From Candidatus Saccharimonas aalborgensis (GTDB taxonomy: Bacteria; Patescibacteriota; Saccharimonadia; Saccharimonadales; Saccharimonadaceae): 32,000 bases of DNA. The stretch is taken from NCBI RefSeq assembly GCF_000392435.1, contig NC_021219.1, positions 120,001 to 152,000 of the forward strand. Reading direction: 5' to 3'. Below the pieces are notes generated by a model. It was not told the origin of the DNA. It ran no database searches and saw only the letters and a program-made list of their open reading frames with translations. Position numbers and translations under genes: made by a program. Positions 24,658 to 32,000 of the stretch are shown one piece after another (the first letter of the stretch is position 1; each line of letters starts with the position of its first letter).

Positions 24658-27531
24658 TTAGACAACGATACTCAATAATTTGTGTTTGATGTAGATAATC
24701 TTTTTTGGCTCACCACTGAGATAGCCCGCTACAGCATGATCAGCAAGCGCCAGCGCCGTAATCTCTGCCTCATCTTTGTCGACACCGACAGTGAGTTTAG
24801 CACGAACCTTGCCATTGACTTGCACCACAATCGTCATCGTATCGCTCACCAAATATTCGTCATTCCATGCAGGCCACCCAGACTCTTCAAGCGAAGATTC
24901 GTTGCCGAGCTGTTGCCATAGCTCAGCGCCAAGGTGGGGAGCCATCGGTGCGATCAGGCGGGCGAGCGCATCAACAGCTTCTGCCCACTCTGGCCCCGCG
25001 AAGCCATCCAGCTTGTACTTGTAGAGTTCGTTGACGTATTCCATCAATGCGGCAATTGCCGTGTTGAAGCTTAATCGACGATAATCATCAGTTACTTTCC
25101 TGATAGTGCGATGCGTCAAAGAGCGGACTGCAGTCGCCTGCGCGGAAGTGCCTTCATGATCGCTCTCCAGGTATTCCTGTGTCAGTGTCCAAGTACGATT
25201 GAGAAATCGATAGATCCCGGCGATTCCCCGACTACTCCAGCTCGAGTTTTCGTTGATTGGCCCGAGAAACAGACAAAATACTCTGAGAGCGTCGGCACCA
25301 TACCCCTGATCGATAACATCCAGCGGATCGACGACATTGCCGAGACTCTTGCTCATCTTTCGTCCATCCTCGGCACCTATGAGCCCGTGATACACCAGTT
25401 GTTTGACAGGCTCATCGAACTCAACTAGTCCCATGTCGCGAAAAACGTGTGTCCAGAAGCGTACATAGAGCAGATGAGCGACTGCGTGATCGCCACCAAC
25501 GTACATGTCGAGTGGTGCCCAAAAATCCGCTTTTTCTTTCGACCATGGTGCATGCTCATTGAGCGGATCAGTGTAGCGAAAGAGGTACCACGACGAACAC
25601 GCGTAGCCATCCATCGTATCGGTCTCGCGCTGTGCCGGACCGCCACAGGCTGGGCACGTGGTATTAACCCAATCTGTTTCGCGTGCAAGTACAGACTTTC
25701 CATCACCTTTTGGTGCATGATCTTCGACAGGCGGCAACAACACCGGCAACTCATCGGCCGGTACGGCTACCGCACCATCCTTTTCGCAGTGAATAATCGG
25801 GATCGGCGCGCCCCAATACCGCTGACGGCTCACCAGCCAGTCACGCATCTTGTAGGTTATCTTTGCACGACCTATCCCCTGTTGTTCGAGCCACGCAACG
25901 ACTTGCTCGCGCGCTTCATAACTTGTCATTCCATCAAATATACCGGAATGCACCAGTACGCCTTCGTTTGCGAACAGATTTTTTTCTCCCTCAAGCCATC
26001 GCAAAATATGCTGAAGCTCAGAAATGGGTTTTAACGTGGGCAAGACGTCTTTTTTCACCCACATGGGCTCAAAGTCTTCATGAGCTTCACGCTGAAGCTC
26101 GACGGAATCAAGTGAGTTGAGACGAAAGCGCACAACAGTCGTCAGAATATTACGGTTGACATCCTTGTGGGCAGCATAAAACTTACTGTTTATCTTTGCG
26201 GGCATGGCCTCAATAAACGTCATATCGGTATAACCGGTTTCCTCTGCGATTTCTCGCCGCGCCGCTTCTTCGGCCGTTTCGCTATCCTCGACACCGCCCA
26301 TGACAAATCCGTGCCATGGCAGCTTATTCCACTTGAGCGTCAGGTACTCGCCATTTGTCGGGTGTTCGATAATACACATTACGACATTTCTATCAGTGTC
26401 TTGTTTGCCTTTTTGAGGGGGATTTTCCTGATCATAGAGGCTTTCGGCGATGACCTGAACAATCGGTAAATCAAACTTCGATGCAAATTCATAGTCACGG
26501 GTATCATGAGCTGGCACCGCCATGATTGCACCCGTGCCATAGCCCCAAAGCACATAGTCGGCTACCCATATCGGGATACGTTCACCGTTCGCAGGATTGA
26601 TGGCATAGGAGCCCGTTGGAACACCCGTTTTTTCTTTGCCCTCGCTCATTCGCTCTATTTCTGAACGCTTCAGAGACGCATCAATATATGACTTTACTAC
26701 CTCGTAAGTATCAGCGTTCGTAAGCTCAAGGGCAAGTGGGTGTTCGGGAGCAAGCACGAGAAAGGTCGCACCAAATACCGTATCGGGGCGTGTCGAAAAA
26801 ACGGTTAATTGTGCTTTGGTTTTTTCGACAGAGAAGGTAATCTCTGCCCCCTGGCTCTTGCCAATCCAGTTTTCCTGCGCGGTCTTGATTTTATCTGGCC
26901 AATTGAGAGCCGGCAACTCCTCAAGCAATGCCTCGGCATAATCAGTAATCTTGAAAAACCACTGTTTCATCGATTTCTTCACTACTTCGTTTTCGCAGCG
27001 CCAGCATTTGCCGTCGATCACCTGTTCGTTCGCAAGTACGGTCTTATCGACAGGACACCACCACTGCATCGATTCTTTTTGATATGCTAAGCCACGCTTG
27101 AAAAATTCAGCAAAAATCCACTGCGTCCATTTATAATATGACGGATCGCTGGTGTTGATTTCTCGCGACCAGTCGAGGCTTGCTCCCATGCGCACAAGCT
27201 GATTCTTGAAGCTAGCGATATTGTAACGCGTCGTTTCGGCAGGTGGTTTGCCAGTCTTGATCGCATAATTTTCTGCAGGCAGACCAAAGGCATCCCATCC
27301 CATAGGGTTAAGTACGTTGTAGCCCTGTTGTCGATGAAACCGCGCTACCGAGTCGACAATGGCATGCTCAAAGGCGTGCCCAGTATGCATGCCGGCCCCG
27401 CTGGGGTAAGGAAACATGCAAGAAATATAGTATTTATTTTTGGCCGAATCCTCGACAACATCATAGCGATGGTCGTTCGCCCATTGTTGTTGCCATTTTG
27501 GCTCGATACTTGCAGGATCATAGCGCTTCAT
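24658..27531 (-). CDS. leuS: Leucine--tRNA ligase carrying an inserted Nudix domain
   Basis: Segments PYPSGAGMHTGHA (HIGH-type), AVPAHDTRDYEF, RDWLVSRQRYWGAPIP and KMSKS. The start is set at MKRYDPASIEPKWQ (27531), 7 nt after a TATACT box. Confidence 0.92.
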   Translation of the reverse strand: MKRYDPASIEPKWQQQWANDHRYDVVEDSAKNKYYISCMFPYPSGAGMHTGHAFEHAIVDSVARFHRQQGYNVLNPMGWDAFGLPAENYAIKTGKPPAETTRYNIASFKNQLVRMGASLDWSREINTSDPSYYKWTQWIFAEFFKRGLAYQKESMQWWCPVDKTVLANEQVIDGKCWRCENEVVKKSMKQWFFKITDYAEALLEELPALNWPDKIKTAQENWIGKSQGAEITFSVEKTKAQLTVFSTRPDTVFGATFLVLAPEHPLALELTNADTYEVVKSYIDASLKRSEIERMSEGKEKTGVPTGSYAINPANGERIPIWVADYVLWGYGTGAIMAVPAHDTRDYEFASKFDLPIVQVIAESLYDQENPPQKGKQDTDRNVVMCIIEHPTNGEYLTLKWNKLPWHGFVMGGVEDSETAEEAARREIAEETGYTDMTFIEAMPAKINSKFYAAHKDVNRNILTTVVRFRLNSLDSVELQREAHEDFEPMWVKKDVLPTLKPISELQHILRWLEGEKNLFANEGVLVHSGIFDGMTSYEAREQVVAWLEQQGIGRAKITYKMRDWLVSRQRYWGAPIPIIHCEKDGAVAVPADELPVLLPPVEDHAPKGDGKSVLARETDWVNTTCPACGGPAQRETDTMDGYACSSWYLFRYTDPLNEHAPWSKEKADFWAPLDMYVGGDHAVAHLLYVRFWTHVFRDMGLVEFDEPVKQLVYHGLIGAEDGRKMSKSLGNVVDPLDVIDQGYGADALRVFCLFLGPINENSSWSSRGIAGIYRFLNRTWTLTQEYLESDHEGTSAQATAVRSLTHRTIRKVTDDYRRLSFNTAIAALMEYVNELYKYKLDGFAGPEWAEAVDALARLIAPMAPHLGAELWQQLGNESSLEESGWPAWNDEYLVSDTMTIVVQVNGKVRAKLTVGVDKDEAEITALALADHAVAGYLSGEPKKIIYIKHKLLSIVV
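25978..26400 (-). other. Nudix-fold insertion inside leuS (about residues 395-535 of the track ORF)
   Basis: Nudix box GGVEDSETAEEAARREIAEETGY is encoded at 26230-26298. Confidence 0.8.
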
Positions 27532-27591
27532 TGGCATTAGTATACCAAAATCGCCCCTGATTGTCAGGGGCGATCGTTGCATCTGTCTTAC

Positions 27592-29028
27592 TTAGCAACC
27601 GCCCATACTGAGGCTACGCGTAACCGGGGCCATTTTTGTTTCATCGTAGTACACCACTTTTCCTGCATCAGTACCACAACGGACATACTGAATGGTCGAC
27701 TTATTGCTTGGAGGCGTGCTTACCACTGTAAAGGAAGGGTCATCGAGACGTGAATCGGTATTTTTCGCAAAATCTGCGATGGTCGCTGGATATTCACCTT
27801 CTAGGGCATAATAGACTTCAGCTTTTTTTATCACCATATTTGCATTTGTTTGAGCGGTCGTCGTATTGGCTTTTGCTGTAATCGACATGCTACCTGAAAC
27901 AACACTTGGTTCGACATCCTGTACGAAGTCAGAAAAAGACGTCACCCATTCTTTGGCCGTCATCGTATCTCGTGGAGGAGTCGATACTACAGATTGATCA
28001 TAGGTAAGGTCTGAGACCATAGTAAGAGACAGGTCTTTTCCATCTTGTTGAGCTCCTTTGACAACTGTTGCCGCGTCAACTCTCCGTAGCGTATGGCTCC
28101 ACGGATCAACCCAGAGGGTCACAGTTGGCCCGAGGTCAGGCATAGAATCAACGGTCATTGCTTGATCGACGCCACTCGCCGATGAGAGCGCTTCGGTCGA
28201 TGGATTGCAGGCATCTACTGCCTTGAAATATGCCGTAGTCTTCATCGCTGTCGAGAAATCGCTCGCCTTTGCTTTGTCAATCGTTATTTCGTAGCCATTA
28301 AGCCCATCTTTACTTTTGGTTGTTCCGCTCAGTTTTATAAACGGATGCGCGAGATAGAGCTTTTTTATCTCTTCCGTCGCCGCTTTATCGCGGTCAATAC
28401 GCTTGTAGGCGTCAATGAGGCAACTATAGGTCTTTGCGGCATCGGGCGCATCGGCTTTCATTTCTTGCAGAGTATACTTGGCCCATTTGCCATCAATTTT
28501 GTCCAGGTCGTCCTGTGCTTTTTGTGGCAGCGAGGGATTGCCGGTGTATTTTGAGGCTAGCTTACTCAGTATTTCTTTTATGCCACTTAGCTTGAAATAG
28601 ATATCACCGCTATCGGCGACATACGCAGCGCCTTTTGTGGTGTAGTCCTTTCCATCCCAGGTGAACTCAACTTCGGCATTTTCATCCGCGAGCGACTGCA
28701 TACTGGCACGTGAGTCAAAGGTCAGACGCTTGATCGTGAAGGTCCCGCTCTCACCACCGTCAACTTTCCAATTTGAGGTAATGGTCGTTTTTGACTGAAC
28801 AGCCCGTGCAGACATAAGATTCATGATAGCGTCGCTAACGACTTTCTCCGGCCGCTGATAGATGAGCGCCAGGGCAGTCCCCGTTCCAGCAAGGATGAGT
28901 GCCGACGCGCCGGCGACAATGCCGATGATAAGTTTTTTGCGCGACTTCTTAACATCGTTCTGGTTAGGAGCGTGTGGTAACTGTGTTGGATCTTTTTCGA
29001 CTGGGGTAGTTGGTTCTTGCGGTAACAT
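27592..29028 (-). CDS. Hypothetical membrane-anchored extracellular protein (478 aa)
   Basis: N-terminal TM anchor (LIIGIVAGASALILAGTGTALALI). The C-terminal part is reminiscent of pilin-like domains (AEVYYALEGEYPATIADF). Confidence 0.55.
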   Translation of the reverse strand: MLPQEPTTPVEKDPTQLPHAPNQNDVKKSRKKLIIGIVAGASALILAGTGTALALIYQRPEKVVSDAIMNLMSARAVQSKTTITSNWKVDGGESGTFTIKRLTFDSRASMQSLADENAEVEFTWDGKDYTTKGAAYVADSGDIYFKLSGIKEILSKLASKYTGNPSLPQKAQDDLDKIDGKWAKYTLQEMKADAPDAAKTYSCLIDAYKRIDRDKAATEEIKKLYLAHPFIKLSGTTKSKDGLNGYEITIDKAKASDFSTAMKTTAYFKAVDACNPSTEALSSASGVDQAMTVDSMPDLGPTVTLWVDPWSHTLRRVDAATVVKGAQQDGKDLSLTMVSDLTYDQSVVSTPPRDTMTAKEWVTSFSDFVQDVEPSVVSGSMSITAKANTTTAQTNANMVIKKAEVYYALEGEYPATIADFAKNTDSRLDDPSFTVVSTPPSNKSTIQYVRCGTDAGKVVYYDETKMAPVTRSLSMGGC

Positions 29029-29069
29029 AGCGTGTTATTCCTTTAGTATCCTCTTGGACTCCATTATAG

Positions 29070-30389
29070 TTACTTTTGTTCAGAAAATTGAGAGAAAAAC
29101 TCATTTTTTTTGGCCATCCATGCCTCTGATTGTCTGACGAGTTCCTTGTCTTCAGTCATGTCACAGAGTATCTTAACGGCTTCCTCAAGATAACTATTAT
29201 CTTGTGAGCCGGTTGCCAGAATCACCGACCCCTCCTCTGTTACTGTCCTGATAAACTCGCCCGCCTCGACAGCAGTTCTGCAGCACTTCACCTGGCAACC
29301 TCGTTGACGAGCAATTGGTGCGAGATAGTTCTGAGTATCATTGCCGACCGTCACTACCCACGCAAGCATATTGGGGTCACAGAGGGCACCAATCTTCTCA
29401 TGCTCGATCTGGCTTGATTGTCCCAAATTGTGCATATCACCAATGAGAGCAATGCGCTGAGGGGCTTGGTCAAAGAGATACAGCACCTGGATAGCGGCCG
29501 AAACGGTAGAGGGGTTTGACGTATAGGTGTCATCGATGATTATCGTCCCGCCAATGCCACGCAGTAGTTGCATGCGGCCGGGCACTGATCGGATCAAATC
29601 AATGCCTTTTCGGATTTCTTCAGGTGTAAGCATCATTTTTGCCGCCACCGCCACCGCTGCCATGACCGGACGAATACTGTGTTCCCCCACCACGTTTATT
29701 GTCACGGGAAACGGACTGGGGTATTCGGGCGCAATGATAACGCCGCTATAGCCTTGATACGGCGCAAAGTCTTGCTGTTCGAATCGATACTCTGCGGCTC
29801 CTGATGTACCATAGGTCGAAAAGTTAGGATTTGTCTCCAGGTTGGCAAATCGTCCGTCGACATCGTCGCGATTGATCAACACCTGGCGCGAAAAACCAGA
29901 AATAGACAGTTCCTCTTGCGCAACCGATTCGATCGAACCGAATTGTTCGATATATTCGGAGGAGACTGACGTCACGACTGCAATATCCGGTACCAGGTAC
30001 CGAGTATAGATTGCCATGGTGTTTGGATGATCAATTTGCAGTTCTACGATAATGACGTCGGTATCAGTTGCAGAGGCTATATGACGTCGCGCTGTCTTGA
30101 ACACCGACCTCCATTCGCGGATACTTCCGACGTCCTGCGGAGGAGTTATGCCGAGGATCGCAAGTGGTACCGCTAACTCACTATCGACAGCAACCTCACC
30201 TTCATGCATCCTGATACGAAACCGACTAGACAACACATCGGCGATCGCACGCTTGGTGCTTGTTTTGCCGACAGTGCCAGTCACGACAATGATCTTAACG
30301 TCAGGATGTCTCGCAACATACTTTTTGACATACTTTTCGAGCTTTGATTGCACATATTTCTTTAGCATACTGCCTTTATCATACTGCAT
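29070..30389 (-). CDS. Mur ligase family protein (MurF-like)
   Basis: P-loop VVTGTVGKTSTK and a Mur-ligase middle/C-terminal layout (IIDDTYTSNP). Confidence 0.65.
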   Translation of the reverse strand: MQYDKGSMLKKYVQSKLEKYVKKYVARHPDVKIIVVTGTVGKTSTKRAIADVLSSRFRIRMHEGEVAVDSELAVPLAILGITPPQDVGSIREWRSVFKTARRHIASATDTDVIIVELQIDHPNTMAIYTRYLVPDIAVVTSVSSEYIEQFGSIESVAQEELSISGFSRQVLINRDDVDGRFANLETNPNFSTYGTSGAAEYRFEQQDFAPYQGYSGVIIAPEYPSPFPVTINVVGEHSIRPVMAAVAVAAKMMLTPEEIRKGIDLIRSVPGRMQLLRGIGGTIIIDDTYTSNPSTVSAAIQVLYLFDQAPQRIALIGDMHNLGQSSQIEHEKIGALCDPNMLAWVVTVGNDTQNYLAPIARQRGCQVKCCRTAVEAGEFIRTVTEEGSVILATGSQDNSYLEEAVKILCDMTEDKELVRQSEAWMAKKNEFFSQFSEQK

Positions 30390-30419
30390 ACGCCTAAGGG
30401 AGACTAGTCTGTATGAGTC

Positions 30420-30448
30420 TTGAAAAAACGTTACTCCCGAGATATACT
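30420..30448 (+). promoter_or_regulatory. Promoter TTGAAA-17 nt-TATACT aimed at the orphan tRNA-Gly 5' fragment
   Basis: Read directly from the sequence. The orphan fragment starts 21 nt downstream. Confidence 0.5.
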
Positions 30449-30468
30449 CACTTAGTACAGTAAAATAC

Positions 30469-30492
30469 GCGGGTTTAGCTCAGTTGTTAGAG
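30469..30492 (+). pseudogene. Orphan 5' fragment of tRNA-Gly (nt 1-24)
   Basis: 24/24 identical to 30647-30670 (gcgggtttagctcagttgttagag). Confidence 0.85.
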
Positions 30493-30646
30493 TGAGAATC
30501 TCCGGCAGAGATTCGGAAACGGACTTTCCGATGAAAACTACGTTTTCAATAGTGAAATCCGGGGGTCGCGGGACGTGACCTGCCTTGCAAGGCCAAGGAA
30601 GCTAACACAGGAGCGCACCTCGTACGCACATTGTTACCAACCATAC
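30493..30646 (+). other. Structured spacer between the orphan fragment and the intact tRNA-Gly
   Basis: It opens with the hairpin gaatctc/gagattc (30496-30514), then cggaaa/tttccg and gaaaac/gttttc hairpins and the motif cgcgggacgtg. It also holds an anticodon-arm-like piece, ccttgc-aagg-ccaaggaag. Confidence 0.5.
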
Positions 30647-32000
30647 GCGGGTTTAGCTCAGTTGTTAGAGCGCTTCCTTGCCAAGGAAGAGGTCGAGAGT
30701 TAGAGTCTCTTAACCCGCACCAAATATTTGAATTATGAGCCGAAAGGCTCTTTTTCTTTGCCTCAACGATGGTTCTAAAGGGGTCGTTTAGTATATAAGA
30801 CAGCTTTTTGTCCTTTAATTCAATGTTTGAAAGTACGTATTCCAATAACTTCTGTCGTAGCCCCTCATCGCTCTCTTTGAACAACTGGTCAGCCCGTTGA
30901 GCCAAGTCTAACAGGTAAGAGGCGGTTACTTGGAACTGTTTGTTATCATTTGTTAGCAACTTTAGGCGGTCATTCAGTTCCTGCTGTTTCTTTTCTAGCT
31001 CAGTTGCAATTTCATCGTGGAATGTCTGTGTAATACGACCCTCAAGTAAGTCATAGTAAACCTTACGCATTTTGTCCTTGAGCTTGTCGTACTCAGCACG
31101 GGTCTGCTCAATGTTTTGCGTAAAGTAGGTTTGCTGGTCGTTATGACGGTTACGCAGCTCGGCAATGACTTTATCTAACCAATTTTCTGGCACGTCTATA
31201 AACCCTATATCTGCCGCTACTTCATCAATTACGAGGCTCACGGCTGTATTAGGATTATCGCACTTGGAGTTAGCACATCGCAAATACACTGTGTTGCGAG
31301 CCTTGAATGGCGATACTGCACGTCCGCACTTGCCGCACTTCACTATCTTTTTGAGTGTAAAGTCTTTGCTATCGTACTTAGTCTTTTCGTGTTTACGCTC
31401 ATCACGGACACGCTGCACTTGGTTGAACAAGGCACGGCTGATTAGCGGCTTGTACTTGTGTGGGTACTCTCTGCCAGCGTGTACCATAACGCCATAGTAG
31501 AATGGGTTGCTCAAGATGCGTTCAAGAAACTGCTTACTTGGTGCTTTACTGCCAGCGATATTGCTACGAAAACCCATCTCACGAAGTTCTTTTGCAATGA
31601 CAGCATACGACATACCTCTTGCTCGCAGTTCATACGCTTTTACAATGTAGTGTGCCTTTGCATCATCAACTTCAATATCTTTGAGTGGTTTCTGTGGCGT
31701 ACCGCCCTTCAGCACGTTTAGATAGCCAATAGGAGCACGATGTACCCAAATGCCCTCACTCAGCATCTGCTCAAAGCGGCGTTTTACATTATCACGGATA
31801 CTATCTGAGTAGTATTTTGCCAGTGCCATACCAATACCTAGCCGAAACCAATCAGCAGCCGATGAGTTTTTATCAATGTACAGGCTATCGTTAGGGAAGT
31901 GCAGCTCAATCTTGCCTTGTTTGACCAACTGCTGCAATGCTTTTACTTCTTCTTGGCTACTATCACGAGTAAGGCGGTCTATCTTATCAAAGACTACGTA
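30546..32000 (-). CDS. Large serine recombinase (LSR2); the N-terminus lies beyond the window end
   Basis: The frame is open to the window edge (YVVFDKIDRLTRDSSQEEV..., the resolvase DRLxR motif). It has a zinc ribbon CGKCGRAV...RCANSKCDN and a coiled coil. The ORF reads antisense through tRNA-Gly. Confidence 0.85.
   Translation of the reverse strand, partial: YVVFDKIDRLTRDSSQEEVKALQQLVKQGKIELHFPNDSLYIDKNSSAADWFRLGIGMALAKYYSDSIRDNVKRRFEQMLSEGIWVHRAPIGYLNVLKGGTPQKPLKDIEVDDAKAHYIVKAYELRARGMSYAVIAKELREMGFRSNIAGSKAPSKQFLERILSNPFYYGVMVHAGREYPHKYKPLISRALFNQVQRVRDERKHEKTKYDSKDFTLKKIVKCGKCGRAVSPFKARNTVYLRCANSKCDNPNTAVSLVIDEVAADIGFIDVPENWLDKVIAELRNRHNDQQTYFTQNIEQTRAEYDKLKDKMRKVYYDLLEGRITQTFHDEIATELEKKQQELNDRLKLLTNDNKQFQVTASYLLDLAQRADQLFKESDEGLRQKLLEYVLSNIELKDKKLSYILNDPFRTIVEAKKKSLSAHNSNIWCGLRDSNSRPLPWQGSALTTELNPRMVGNNVRTRCAPVLASLALQGRSRPATPGFHY
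30647..30722 (+). tRNA. tRNA-Gly (anticodon GCC) with encoded CCA and an unusual elbow
   Basis: Manual cloverleaf: acceptor gcgggtt/aacccgc, D arm gctc-agttgtta-gagc, anticodon arm cttcc-ttGCCaa-ggaag, T arm gagag-ttagagt-ctctt. Confidence 0.85.
30737..30755 (+). terminator. tRNA-Gly terminator embedded in the LSR2 reading frame
   Basis: gagcc-gaaa-ggctc followed by TTTTT. Confidence 0.6.

Noticed and set aside
24270-24689. An alternative 139-aa ORF in the GC-rich insert.
   Set aside because: It is an Arg/Pro/Gly-rich off-frame product. The 24322-24615 frame has the RBS, the G/C-rich third positions and clear TM helices.
25111-27540. Numerous plus-strand ORFs inside leuS (for example 25447-26034), and similar antisense ORFs inside the res, mod, M20 and LSR genes.
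   Set aside because: They are antisense to well-supported long genes and have no translation signals.
1-32000. CRISPR arrays, rRNA genes and IS/transposase genes.
   Set aside because: No short regularly spaced repeat array is present, since every repeat found has only two copies. No rRNA-like sequence and no transposase-like ORF is present.

Overview
This window is 32 kb of a tightly packed bacterial chromosome with short genes and moderately AT-rich housekeeping DNA. The gene content and style suggest a reduced-genome lineage such as Saccharibacteria/CPR, but that is inference only. Core genes present are pheS (partial), a MIP channel, rmuC, a PAP2 phosphatase, an M20 peptidase, a trpR-like gene, rpsP, a KH-domain gene, trmD, rnc, a Nudix gene, nusB, rpmF, leuS and a Mur ligase. 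Four kinds of accessory DNA interrupt them. (1) A roughly 9.5 kb, visibly AT-rich integrative island abuts tRNA-Gln. It carries a large serine recombinase (LSR), an excisionase-like HTH protein, type III R-M mod/res genes, an inverted-repeat-flanked TauE cassette and a frameshifted C39-like peptidase. (2) A second LSR element starts next to tRNA-Gly at the right edge. (3) A perfect 409-bp inverted repeat brackets rpsP-KH-trmD and carries a GC-rich structured module plus a GC-rich small ORF. (4) There are further GC-rich mini-inserts driven by AT-rich consensus promoters. The most notable observations are as follows. Both LSR-linked tRNAs are preceded by an orphan copy of their own 5' part, followed by a spacer with covarying hairpins. 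A homologous module recurs at the far end of the island. leuS carries an in-frame Nudix domain. Many genes look leaderless, with a TATACT-type -10 box 6-7 nt before the start codon. No rRNA genes, CRISPR arrays or transposases were seen.
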